A stretch of DNA of 37,347 nucleotides from the IMG/VR virus record IMGVR_UViG_3300045988_030449, positions 1-37,347 of that record. One strand, given 5' to 3'. Shown piece after piece: positions 1 to 8,536 of this stretch (position 1 is its first letter; every line of letters starts with the position of its first letter). The position numbers were made by a program, and so were the translations under genes. This DNA is from a virus. A model generated the notes under the pieces. It was not told where the DNA came from. It ran no database searches and worked only from the letters and a program-made list of their open reading frames with translations.

Positions 1-174
1 GAAAGCCTTTTTGTGGCTATATTTTTCACCAGCCTTTAAACCTGCAATAAGTCCCGCTATAAAATTTAATGTGCCAAATAAGATTATCAGGACGAAGAAA
101 GTCATCACATCATTAGTAACGGTTAGCAGGAAAGCTAGAGACGCGACACGCGCCGTATCAAAAACCCCATCCAT
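1..174 (-). CDS. Holin-like multi-TM protein, N-terminal 58 codons. The gene runs off the window start and continues in frame at 37292..36936 once the 55-nt terminal overlap is collapsed (176 aa in total).
   Basis: ATG at 174 overlaps the stop of the upstream gene (TAATG). The translation MDGVFDTARVASLAFLLTVTNDVMTFFVLIILFGTLNFIAGLIAGLKAGEKYSHKKAF joins in frame to HAFFEYAIAAIVILFTAAAARLIEPEG. It has 3-4 hydrophobic helices. The FIAGLIAGLK..K.S.KK segment resembles Phage_holin_4-type holins. It lies directly upstream of an M15 endolysin. Confidence 0.55.
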   Translation of the reverse strand, partial: MDGVFDTARVASLAFLLTVTNDVMTFFVLIILFGTLNFIAGLIAGLKAGEKYSHKKAF

Positions 175-611
175 TATTTTATTAAACATATCCGTGATTG
201 TACCCTGTGTGAACATTCCTCCTCAATCAGTTTAGCGTCTTTAAACGCCTTGATTAACGGGACTATAAATAAATCAGCCTTGCCGCGTTCGGCTTCAGAC
301 CGTCTCGCTTTGTTATCATCGGCTAGAACGTAGCTGCCATTATAGTTTTGTATTTTTAGGCCGCTCGCCGTGCTTTGCTGCTCGCTTGTCTGCAAGTAGC
401 GCGCAAAGGCATAGTAGCACAATACTTTATTAGCACCTGTACGCGCCGGGGTGTCAACTAAGTACTCCGGCGGTATCTCTTCATACGATCGGTGAAGTTG
501 CGGCGACATGTCAAGCATATCGGCTTCATAAAAAGCTTTTTCGATGTCGCTATCTTTAACGTCCTTTGCGATCGTAAACAAATCTCGTAGTAATTGGATC
601 GGGTATGCCAT
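174..611 (-). CDS. Hypothetical virion-module protein (145 aa)
   Basis: ATG-initiated ORF packed tightly (1-2 nt gaps) between the portal-like gene and the holin-like gene. No motif recognised. Confidence 0.6.
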   Translation of the reverse strand: MAYPIQLLRDLFTIAKDVKDSDIEKAFYEADMLDMSPQLHRSYEEIPPEYLVDTPARTGANKVLCYYAFARYLQTSEQQSTASGLKIQNYNGSYVLADDNKARRSEAERGKADLFIVPLIKAFKDAKLIEEECSHRVQSRICLIK

Positions 612-612
612 A

Positions 613-1761
613 TCAATCTGTTATTACTTGGTCGGCGGGTGTAGCCGCATCGCCTTCCAAATCGTTTTTAATTTTAGTTAGTTCCGGGTCTAAATCGAAT
701 ATATATGCCAGGTCTCTAGAAATCTTATCACGGACACGTGACAATGAACGGCGGTATACACGCTGCATCTCCTTAACCACTTCGCCCGACGCGTTCGAAA
801 AGCTGATCAATGATGAATCAATAAGCGGGATCGGAATAGTGAAGCAAGAAATTGCAATGTCTTTCCGCAATGGTTCGCAATACGATTTATACAGGTCAGA
901 ATCAATAGGCGTACCAATTTGATCCACCCGGATAAAGGGCTTCTCTGTAATACCTACGTTCTCGTCTCTTACTGTGAGTACCGCGCCAGTTCCTTCAACG
1001 CCCATCATTTCGGTAATGGCATCCCGGAACTCGTTCTGCTCCTGATCGCTCTGGAACATTCCGTGAGAAACTACGCTACAGGCGTGGAATCCGCGCGCTA
1101 AAACGTTCTCAACATACAAGGCGTTCCCGTGTTCCGCTCCCATTTCGGGCTGTACCGCGTGAAACGGGCTGATAGGATAGGGGCGACGGTTTGAGAAGTT
1201 AGCGTAATAGAGTTGTCCCGGATGGTTTTCAATACCCCCGTACTCTTCGCATTCCTTCCAAAAGTTTTTCGGGTTGAAGTTCGGATAAACCACGCCGGTT
1301 TTAACGTTCGTATCCTTAAGCATCTCGCGCTCCCAGTTATCGAATACACGCCATTTCCGTACGATCGAATCCCGTTTGTAGTCCTCGTTAAGAACGGCAC
1401 GAACGTAACCGAACGGCACAGGATAACAGTACAAAGGGCGACCATCGCCGCCGTATTGTACTATTAACGCGTAACCTCTATATCTTGGTACCTCGTCTGC
1501 TACGAACTCTAAAACGTCGTTCATATCTTGGCCGTGCTCGTTGGTTCTCGCTGCAAATTCTTCGTTAACAAAGCCTTCGCAAATGATGTTTTCCTTCGCT
1601 TTGTCACAACACGCCGTAGCGGTTTTGCTAGCGTCGATAAGGTTTGCGATACGTTGCGGGTACAAGTTGTCTACATCATAGCTAACCACCCCTTCAGAAG
1701 TACGGGGCACTAAATTCAGTGCCCTACGTACTATTAACTCTATTTTCTTTGCTGCGATCAT
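613..1761 (-). CDS. Putative portal protein (382 aa)
   Basis: The size, acidic C-terminus and position in the head module fit a portal. It is the only ORF in the late arm with portal-like composition. The resemblance to portal families is by eye only. Confidence 0.5.
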   Translation of the reverse strand: MIAAKKIELIVRRALNLVPRTSEGVVSYDVDNLYPQRIANLIDASKTATACCDKAKENIICEGFVNEEFAARTNEHGQDMNDVLEFVADEVPRYRGYALIVQYGGDGRPLYCYPVPFGYVRAVLNEDYKRDSIVRKWRVFDNWEREMLKDTNVKTGVVYPNFNPKNFWKECEEYGGIENHPGQLYYANFSNRRPYPISPFHAVQPEMGAEHGNALYVENVLARGFHACSVVSHGMFQSDQEQNEFRDAITEMMGVEGTGAVLTVRDENVGITEKPFIRVDQIGTPIDSDLYKSYCEPLRKDIAISCFTIPIPLIDSSLISFSNASGEVVKEMQRVYRRSLSRVRDKISRDLAYIFDLDPELTKIKNDLEGDAATPADQVITD

Positions 1762-1780
1762 TGATTTACCTTTTTATATA

Positions 1781-2269
1781 TTATTCTTCGAACTCCTTAA
1801 GACCCTCGGCGGCTTCTGCTTCCGCTTCTGCTTTTTTAGCTGCTCTAGTAGCCGCTGCCTTTTTAGCCGCTTCGCTGCGTTTAGCCGCGGCGATCTCTTC
1901 CTCCGATAGTTCCGGTTCTTCTGCCGGGGCTTCCGGTTCTTCTGCCGGGGCTTCCGGTTCACCTTCTACGGGCGCTTCCGGTTCTGCTTGCAGGTCTATA
2001 AAATAGTCCTTGTATTCCTCGGCGGCTTCCATGAACTCCACGGCCTTCTCGTCACTTGTGTTGAAAGCGCGGTACACTCTTCCGTCTTCGATCGAGTTGA
2101 TGAACAGTCCCGGCTTCATTACGTAGCGGGTGTGTACACCAGTTAAATAACGTTCTTCATACCACCGTTGCGCAAACAGGCGATCCGCCCCGCATGTAAT
2201 ATCCAATTTTAGGTTAGTCATTGTTTGACACAATGAAACGATCTGCCCTATATCTGTAATTTTTTCCAT
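1781..2269 (-). CDS. Hypothetical acidic protein with a PEAPAEE tandem repeat and an A/E/K-rich tail (162 aa)
   Basis: ATG ORF. The C-terminal half reads EPEAPVEGEPEAPAEEPEAPAEEPE and is encoded by 21-nt tandem repeats at 1910-1987. Confidence 0.6.
   Translation of the reverse strand: MEKITDIGQIVSLCQTMTNLKLDITCGADRLFAQRWYEERYLTGVHTRYVMKPGLFINSIEDGRVYRAFNTSDEKAVEFMEAAEEYKDYFIDLQAEPEAPVEGEPEAPAEEPEAPAEEPELSEEEIAAAKRSEAAKKAAATRAAKKAEAEAEAAEGLKEFEE
1910..1987. repeat. 21-nt in-frame tandem repeat (TTCCGGTTCTTCTGCCGGGGC x2 perfect, plus degenerate copies)
   Basis: Read directly from the sequence. It encodes PEAPAEE units in the 162-aa ORF. Confidence 0.85.
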
Positions 2270-2291
2270 CTTTTAAACTGTTTTTAATTTA

Positions 2292-2843
2292 TTAAACTTT
2301 CGGTATCTTCAGACCGTCGTACGCCTCTTTGGTGAGTGTTACAAGTTTATCACCCGTTGACGCTTCCGGCGTTTTAAGTGTCACCGTTGTAATACCCCCC
2401 GTGCTAGAATCGGTTGCGAGGTCCGAAGCTTCCAAACCGCAAAACGCACCTGCCAAATAGTAACCGCCTGTTTTAGATCTAAGGGCTACCCGGAAATTTC
2501 CGCCCAATAGTTCCGCAACTCGATTACGATACCCAGTTGGAGACGCCGATGCCCCCGGCCCTGCCAGTACTTTTATGATAACGCTCTGATCTTCGCCCGG
2601 CGGCGTTGTATCATTCACTTTGATAGCATCTTGGTACATAACGGAATTATTAACAGAATTTACAATGTAACCCTTTGCTCCCGTTAACATAGTTATTGTC
2701 CCAGCTCCGTTCGCTTCCGCTATACTGGATATATCCGATGAATTGATAATAATCGCTTCATCTATCTCCCCAATGCCACCTAACGCCCCAAGATTTGCGC
2801 AATCATACGTAATATCAGATGTTAATTTTTTTATACATGCCAT
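2292..2843 (-). CDS. Structural protein paralog 3 of 3 (183 aa); possible tail-tube or capsid-accessory protein
   Basis: The N-terminus MACIKKLTSDITYDC and the C-terminal GGITTVTLKTPE align with the two upstream paralogs. An AGGAGG sits 8 nt upstream of the ATG. Confidence 0.65.
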   Translation of the reverse strand: MACIKKLTSDITYDCANLGALGGIGEIDEAIIINSSDISSIAEANGAGTITMLTGAKGYIVNSVNNSVMYQDAIKVNDTTPPGEDQSVIIKVLAGPGASASPTGYRNRVAELLGGNFRVALRSKTGGYYLAGAFCGLEASDLATDSSTGGITTVTLKTPEASTGDKLVTLTKEAYDGLKIPKV

Positions 2844-2856
2844 ATAATATCCTCCT

Positions 2857-3390
2857 TTATGATTCTGTTACGATCGCCGCGGCTCTCAATGTGTTATAAC
2901 TAGCATCCGCAAAGCTTAAACGCGCCTCGCCGATAACGTTTTCTGATGTCGATAACGTGATAGTAGTAAAACCGCCGTTTGCGTTCAAGTCCTCCGAAAT
3001 AGCAGTAGCGCTCAAACCGTAATTATACCCGTATACGCGGTGTCTCCCGGATTTAGACTTAACCAGCGCTAAAAATGTACCGTTTAAAATCTGATTCACA
3101 ATCAGAGTTCCGTTTGCGTTACCCTGATACAGTGTGAACGTAACTGCCTGCGTTAACGCTGTTGGCGCATTGTCGTTCTGCTTGATCTCTTCCGTAGCGT
3201 TTACGCCCTTCTTGTTACTCTCAACCAACACGGCCTTAGCGCCAGCGGCTAGCGTTATAGTGGCAAGGCCATTCGCTACGCTCTTCGACGCAATATCGGC
3301 AAAGTTGATAAGAAGCATCTCGGCTACGCCTGTTGCCCCTCCGTCGCAATCAACTAAGATCGCTTTATTTAATTTATTTAAGCATCCCAT
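2857..3390 (-). CDS. Structural protein paralog 2 of 3 (177 aa)
   Basis: I chose the internal ATG (MGCLNKLNKAILVDC) because it aligns with the MACIK start of the paralogs and leaves a 1-nt gap to the upstream stop. The track ORF extends to 3465. Confidence 0.65.
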   Translation of the reverse strand: MGCLNKLNKAILVDCDGGATGVAEMLLINFADIASKSVANGLATITLAAGAKAVLVESNKKGVNATEEIKQNDNAPTALTQAVTFTLYQGNANGTLIVNQILNGTFLALVKSKSGRHRVYGYNYGLSATAISEDLNANGGFTTITLSTSENVIGEARLSFADASYNTLRAAAIVTES

Positions 3391-3391
3391 A

Positions 3392-3928
3392 TTATACAAG
3401 TTTTGCGGCTGCAATTGCCGTCCACGCTGCGCCCGCGATTGATATCCTATTTTCTCCTCTAGCATCGTCCGGCGTTTTAATCGTTATTGTAGTAAAACCG
3501 CCCGCCGCGTTAGAATCCGTATCAGCTTGTGAAATTTCAAGCCCACATTTGTAACCAACCAATAAAGGCGCGGCATTAATATCGTTTAGCTTCACGGCTG
3601 CCATGAAACGCCCGGATAAAAGAGCTGCTATAATTAGGTTAGCGTTCGCTGTAGTCTTATCATATAAGGTAAACATGATAGACTGATCCAAACCTGCTGA
3701 AACGTCTGATAACTTCAAGGCTTCCGTCAACTTCGCACCATTTTTGTACGCCTCAACCGGAATAGTTTTTGCCCCCGATTTAAGCGACAACGCGGTAATT
3801 TGATTACTGGCGTCTACGGTTGACGTTGTTACATCATCAAAGTTAATAAGATACATTTCAGCGATACCTACGCTACCGGGTCGGCATGCGTAGGTAATTG
3901 CTTTATTTAATGTCTTTATACAAGCCAT
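3392..3928 (-). CDS. Structural protein paralog 1 of 3 (178 aa)
   Basis: It shares MACIKTLNKAITYAC...GIAEMYLINFDDV...FTLY...GGFTTITIKTP with paralog 2 along the whole length. It lies immediately downstream of the major capsid gene. Confidence 0.65.
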   Translation of the reverse strand: MACIKTLNKAITYACRPGSVGIAEMYLINFDDVTTSTVDASNQITALSLKSGAKTIPVEAYKNGAKLTEALKLSDVSAGLDQSIMFTLYDKTTANANLIIAALLSGRFMAAVKLNDINAAPLLVGYKCGLEISQADTDSNAAGGFTTITIKTPDDARGENRISIAGAAWTAIAAAKLV

Positions 3929-3946
3929 TTATTACTGTTTTAGTTG

Positions 3947-4903
3947 TTAAACACTTTCTGCGGTGCACAATTTCAAGTATTCAGGAACTGCAAGCATAGC
4001 ATCAGCCGCAAACACGGTTGTACTGTAATACTTACGGTCTTTAGCGTCACGGATGAACGGATCAATAGTCAAACTTGCATCTTCAAGAGCCAACTGAATG
4101 TTAGTTTTCGGAGAGAAAGCAATGAAAGACTGAACTGTCAAAGCGTCGCCCTTAGCGCTGTTAGATACGTGTCTCAACTCGTTCACCTTGTAGCCTTCGA
4201 AGTAGTACGCCGGTTTGCCGTTCTCCATGTTAGCTTGTGCCAAATGGTTGTCCTTAGCTTCAACTAAGTCCTTGTAAGCACGCATAATGTTGCTAGTTAC
4301 ATAGAATTCTGAATCGTCCAGTTGATCGGCGCGCTGGTTGTCGATACACCATTTCAGACACTCCAAAACATTAGCACCAGCTCCGGAAGGAACAAGAGCC
4401 TTAATAGTTTCGGTTGAATCCTGCATCTGCTTGATGATACCACCGTTTTTAAACACCGTGTATACACCTGCCGTATCATTTGTTTTCAAACCGTCCAACC
4501 ATACGAGACGTAACATGTCGGCTTCCAATACTTTCAGAATTTCGTTCTGCATGAACGCTGCCAACTGTGTTTGGTCGAAATCAGCCGAAAGGTGAACGCC
4601 TTTTGCAACCATTTTGCCCCACAAGTCTTGCAGACAAACCACGATAGGCAACTCAATCTGTGCATGATCGTAATATTTAACCTTATCGTTAAGAGAACTA
4701 TACTTGTATTCGCTGTCGCAACCCGCGGAACGTCTTACCGCTTTGTCTGTTGCGGTGAAAGTCAAGATAGGTTTACCCTTTTCAATACCCGCCAATACGG
4801 TTACGCCGTTGGACAATTCGCCCTCCAGCCCAAGTGTCAAAGAAATAACATCGGCCAGGCTGTCGATATTCAATTTGTTTAAATCGCTAAATGTAAATGC
4901 CAT
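3947..4903 (-). CDS. Major capsid protein (318 aa, HK97-fold type inferred)
   Basis: The size, position directly after the scaffold/protease candidate and composition fit a major capsid protein. No catalytic motifs are expected. The call rests on context and by-eye resemblance. Confidence 0.7.
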   Translation of the reverse strand: MAFTFSDLNKLNIDSLADVISLTLGLEGELSNGVTVLAGIEKGKPILTFTATDKAVRRSAGCDSEYKYSSLNDKVKYYDHAQIELPIVVCLQDLWGKMVAKGVHLSADFDQTQLAAFMQNEILKVLEADMLRLVWLDGLKTNDTAGVYTVFKNGGIIKQMQDSTETIKALVPSGAGANVLECLKWCIDNQRADQLDDSEFYVTSNIMRAYKDLVEAKDNHLAQANMENGKPAYYFEGYKVNELRHVSNSAKGDALTVQSFIAFSPKTNIQLALEDASLTIDPFIRDAKDRKYYSTTVFAADAMLAVPEYLKLCTAESV

Positions 4904-4923
4904 AATTTTAATGTTTTAGTAGA

Positions 4924-5949
4924 TTAATATTTAAATTTTTTACGCTGTTCATCCGCTGCCTTCTGAACGGCTTCACGGCTCAACTTAGTTTCGGTCTTAG
5001 TTTCTGTTTTGACCTCTGTTTTAGCCGCTGCCGGTGCGCCTGTACGTTTGCTTAACTGCGTTTTGAGTTCAGTTACGGTTTTCTTCAACTCGGTAACTTC
5101 TCTGCGGATCGCTGAGAGCTCTTCCGGTGTAGCTGTTTTCTTTTTGTCCTCGTCTTCCTTGTCATCTTCGATGTCTTCTGCAAGTTCTTCTTGTCCCTCT
5201 TCTTCGCGTTTAGCTTCGCTTTCAACCTCTTTAACATCGGAAATCTTCCCGGCTACGACTGATATAATCATGTCCTCGCCTTCGCCGATAGAAATGTAAT
5301 AATCACCATCTTCTACGGGTTTGCCTTCGGCGTCCTGTACTTCGTCACCCAATGCAGCTTGTTCGCCTTGAGCGATAATAACAAGCTCCTTTCCTTCTTT
5401 GGTTGTGACGGTTTCCCTAGCTAGCTTAGTAGACTTAACCAGCTTAGCTAAATTTGTCCAAAATTTACTCATTGATAATTTGTTTAAATTGTTATTAAAT
5501 AAAGAACTAGTAGCCGCGGGAAGTCCCACCAAATCGGCACTAAATAACTCTCTTACTTCTGTTACGGTTGCGGTTTGCGCTTCTTCGTCCAACTGTTTAA
5601 CGTCAGACTGATTCACCGATACGCCTAGTAGTTCCGGCTCTTTCTCGATCATGGCAACCATAAAATTATATTCGCTAGGATACGCGCTTTCTAAGGCTTC
5701 CGACATAACCAGATCAGCATAAACGGCGTTTTCGTCGTGTGTGAAGTTGGCAAAATGCCCTATATACCCGTCCAGCAAGTCCGCGCCGTTATGAGTGCGG
5801 CGTGCATGAATAGGCCGGGAATTACCTAAAGCCACTAGAGACGGGAAAGCACTAGCAGAGATGACTAATTTATAAGCCTTTCCCCCTTCTTCATAGTAGT
5901 TTGCGGTTTCCCCGGCTTCTATAATGCGTAACTTTTTAAATATTTTCAT
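4924..5949 (-). CDS. Putative scaffolding protein or prohead protease-scaffold fusion (341 aa)
   Basis: The N-terminal globular part is followed by a very acidic coiled-coil tail (EEGQEELAEDIEDDKEDEDKKK, TELKKTVTELKTQL). It lies immediately upstream of the capsid gene. Confidence 0.45.
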   Translation of the reverse strand: MKIFKKLRIIEAGETANYYEEGGKAYKLVISASAFPSLVALGNSRPIHARRTHNGADLLDGYIGHFANFTHDENAVYADLVMSEALESAYPSEYNFMVAMIEKEPELLGVSVNQSDVKQLDEEAQTATVTEVRELFSADLVGLPAATSSLFNNNLNKLSMSKFWTNLAKLVKSTKLARETVTTKEGKELVIIAQGEQAALGDEVQDAEGKPVEDGDYYISIGEGEDMIISVVAGKISDVKEVESEAKREEEGQEELAEDIEDDKEDEDKKKTATPEELSAIRREVTELKKTVTELKTQLSKRTGAPAAAKTEVKTETKTETKLSREAVQKAADEQRKKFKY

Positions 5950-5969
5950 ATATTACTGTATTATTGGTA

Positions 5970-5977
5970 CAAAGATA
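5970..5977 (-). promoter_or_regulatory. Candidate internal -7 box (TAtcTTTG) upstream of the scaffold/capsid genes
   Basis: On the minus strand TATCTTTG lies 21 nt upstream of the ATG at 5949, in the 67-nt gap after the tape-measure-like gene. No -33 TTTG is present. Confidence 0.35.
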
Positions 5978-6016
5978 TATTATTTAATGGCACGAAGCCG
6001 CGGCTTTACCTACGAT

Positions 6017-8530
6017 TTATAGGCTAGCCGCCACTTGTACACTGTTATATTGTTGTTGACCCTCATCTATATCGGTAACTGCCACCTGCGGAGCGGGAAC
6101 GCTAGCCACCGAATCGTACATGATCGCCGCTAATTTTCGCAAGCTGTCATTTGATAGGCTAAAATTACTAGGTAACTGCATGCTCGCACCGCTGCCTACG
6201 TCGATCTTCCCACCGTTGGCGTACCGATACACACCGGACGAACCGAACGAACGCCCGCCGTACTCCATGTTAAGAGCTGATAAAGCATTGATCGCGCCGG
6301 ACGCTTTACGATTGAGAATGTACATATTCTCGCCGCCCTCGGCTTCGAACTGTTGACCGTTTGATCCGGTGAACGTTACGCCCCCAGCCGCATGGCTAGC
6401 TCCGTATATTTGCCCGCCCTTAGCAAACTTCTTAACGTTCGTTTTGATCTTGGTGTCCGGCTCTTTGGTTTTGTTGATGCTCATAACCTGTTTCATACCA
6501 AAAGCAATAATCATAGCCGCCTGTGGTATTCCCCAAGCTCCCAGCTGCGACAGTGCTTTAGACGCACCTAAATACGTGTTGATAAGAGCCTGCGCCGTGG
6601 CAAATGCTTTCCCCGCTGCGCTCTCTTGGCCTAACAATTCAGATAACTGCCCTGCCGTACTCGCTGCCATCGCTAATTTTGCGTTTTGGAGTTCCCTCTC
6701 CCGCTCTTCCTTCATGATCGCGTACTTCTCCTCTATGGCGGTTGTTTCCGCTCCGATGGCTTCCGCGTTAGCAATCTCTAGGGCCTTCTGCGCGTCTAAC
6801 CGGGCTAACTGACTTTCAAGATCGTTGTTCATTTTCATATCAGCTAGCGCGCGGTCGTTCTCCAGGTTGAGGGCTTGACGGTCTCTTTCCTTTTGGTCTT
6901 CCTCGTCCTTCCGGGCCTTGACTTCTGCGGCGTATTCTAGTTCGAGTTGGCGGACGTTGTTAATATATTCTTGTTCTCCGATCAGACCCTGCGCCCGTCT
7001 GTACGTCTCAATCTCGATCTTCTGATCGTTCACCGCTTGCAGTTCTTGCAATGATATTTTAGCCCCTTCTATTTCGCGCTGTGCTATATCTAGCTGCATG
7101 GCTGTGACCGCTTCCGAATATTTTTTGAGCTGTGCATCCTGCGCCGCCTTGATAGCGTCCTGCGCCTTCTTCTGCGCTTCTGCTTCCCTTTTCGCCGCGT
7201 CTTCCGCTGCCTTCGCTGACCTCGCCGCTGCCGCTTGTGCCGCTTGTGCCTGCTTGTCACGCTCCTGTTTGATGAAGCCGGACACCTGCCCCGCCATTTC
7301 TTTCTCCTGCGTAGCGTATTGGGCGCGCGCTGCTTCCAGCGCTGCAAGGGCTTCCTGTTCTTTCCGTGCGTCCTCGTCGCTTGTATATCCTAATTGGTTC
7401 TCGGCTTTGATCTGCTTGTACTTAGCATCCAGTACGGACAACTCCATATCACGGATGGCATGCAACTTTTCCCTGGCTTGTTCCAATAACTTGGTACGTT
7501 CCGCCGCTGATTTGTTTTGGTCGGCCGCAAGGGTCTTAAGCTCTTCCATCTCGCGCCGCATCTGTGCCATCGGAACAAGTGCCGCCGTTTCGGCCTGATA
7601 AATCTTCTGCGTTTGCGCCGCTAGCTTCGCGCCTTCCGCCGCGGCTCTCTTCGTCTCTTCACTGATAAGCCCTAACTTATCCAAGAGCCATGTAACGCTT
7701 TTAGCAATGTTCTCAAGCACGAACGCCACGCCTTCAAACAATCCGGTTATCCAGTCCAGCAAACGCCCGAAAATCACCTTAAACGGAGCGAACGCCGCTT
7801 GCAGGCTAGTCGCTAACTCGCTGTTGCGTTTCATCAGTTTCTCGATGATGCCGATAAGCGTTAAGACAAGCGACACAACAAAAATGATCGGGTTGGCCTT
7901 TAACGCTGCGTTGAACGCCTGCACCCCGGCAATACCGCTTTTCATCTGCCCTACCAGCGCACCCGTGCCACCTGTCAGCCCCTGTGTTTGAAGTATGCCG
8001 TCCTTAACGCTCTCCGCGTAATTACCGACATTACGGCGGTTGTCGCCTACCGACTTTTCCAGCTCCTTAAGCTTGTCCGATAACGCTTTAGTCTGCTCGG
8101 TTAGGTCTTGCCCTTCTTTGCTGGTAGTCCGTTGCGCCTCGCTCATCTTGTTCAGCTCCGTGGTGTTCTGTGCCAACTGTGCACGCAAGGCGTTGACGCT
8201 CGTGGCTTCATTGTCTAGGAGCGTTTTTGTAGACTTGATCTCGGCGTTATTCTGTTTGTTCGCCTCGGTATTGTCCAGTATCGCCTTTTGCGTCTCAATA
8301 AGAGACTTATTCAGCTTCTTAACCGTCGCGTCGTACTTGTCCTGTTGCACAAGGCCGTCCGCGTAGTTCTGATTTAGCGCGTCCAGCTCCTTCTTTTCAG
8401 AAGCGTATGCCGCTTGCAAATCCTTTTTAGTCTTTGCAAGGGCCATACTCTTAGCTATTAACGCGTCTAGCCCCTTTTCGGCTTCAGACGTGCCGAAATT
8501 AAGGTCTAATAGTGTTACTTGATCCGCCAT
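6017..8530 (-). CDS. Tape-measure-like protein (837 aa)
   Basis: It is the largest ORF in the window. It has long A/E/K/Q coiled-coil stretches and central hydrophobic segments (PIIFVVSLVLTLIGIIEKL). The Gly-rich C-terminus reads KGGQIYGASHAAGGVTFTGSNGQQFEAEGGENMYIL. Confidence 0.6.
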   Translation of the reverse strand: MADQVTLLDLNFGTSEAEKGLDALIAKSMALAKTKKDLQAAYASEKKELDALNQNYADGLVQQDKYDATVKKLNKSLIETQKAILDNTEANKQNNAEIKSTKTLLDNEATSVNALRAQLAQNTTELNKMSEAQRTTSKEGQDLTEQTKALSDKLKELEKSVGDNRRNVGNYAESVKDGILQTQGLTGGTGALVGQMKSGIAGVQAFNAALKANPIIFVVSLVLTLIGIIEKLMKRNSELATSLQAAFAPFKVIFGRLLDWITGLFEGVAFVLENIAKSVTWLLDKLGLISEETKRAAAEGAKLAAQTQKIYQAETAALVPMAQMRREMEELKTLAADQNKSAAERTKLLEQAREKLHAIRDMELSVLDAKYKQIKAENQLGYTSDEDARKEQEALAALEAARAQYATQEKEMAGQVSGFIKQERDKQAQAAQAAAARSAKAAEDAAKREAEAQKKAQDAIKAAQDAQLKKYSEAVTAMQLDIAQREIEGAKISLQELQAVNDQKIEIETYRRAQGLIGEQEYINNVRQLELEYAAEVKARKDEEDQKERDRQALNLENDRALADMKMNNDLESQLARLDAQKALEIANAEAIGAETTAIEEKYAIMKEERERELQNAKLAMAASTAGQLSELLGQESAAGKAFATAQALINTYLGASKALSQLGAWGIPQAAMIIAFGMKQVMSINKTKEPDTKIKTNVKKFAKGGQIYGASHAAGGVTFTGSNGQQFEAEGGENMYILNRKASGAINALSALNMEYGGRSFGSSGVYRYANGGKIDVGSGASMQLPSNFSLSNDSLRKLAAIMYDSVASVPAPQVAVTDIDEGQQQYNSVQVAASL

Positions 8531-8536
8531 ATTAAT

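Noticed and set aside
1719-2006. Plus-strand 95-aa ORF and minus-strand alternate-frame 62-aa ORF (1774-1962) over the PEAPAEE repeat
   Set aside because: They are generated by the tandem repeat itself being open in several frames. The 162-aa frame is the one that continues into non-repetitive sequence with a proper ATG and gene spacing.
3391-3465. N-terminal extension of paralog 2 (track ORF 2857-3465) overlapping paralog 1 by 74 nt
   Set aside because: The extension (MLEEKIGYQSRAQRGRQLQ...) has no counterpart in the two paralogs. The internal ATG at 3390 reproduces the conserved M-[AG]-C start and leaves a 1-nt intergenic gap.
5985-6016. Palindrome AAGCCGCGGCTT after the tape-measure-like gene as an intrinsic terminator
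   Set aside because: The stem leaves essentially no loop and is not followed by a U-tract on the coding strand. I kept only the adjacent -7 box as a low-confidence feature.
7090-7598. Arg/Lys-rich 85-aa minus-strand alternate-frame ORF (7090-7347) and a 166-aa plus-strand ORF (7098-7598) inside the tape-measure-like gene
   Set aside because: Both are frame artefacts of the GCN/GAA/AAG-rich coiled-coil coding region (AAQAAQAAAARSAKAAEDAAK). There is no independent start context.
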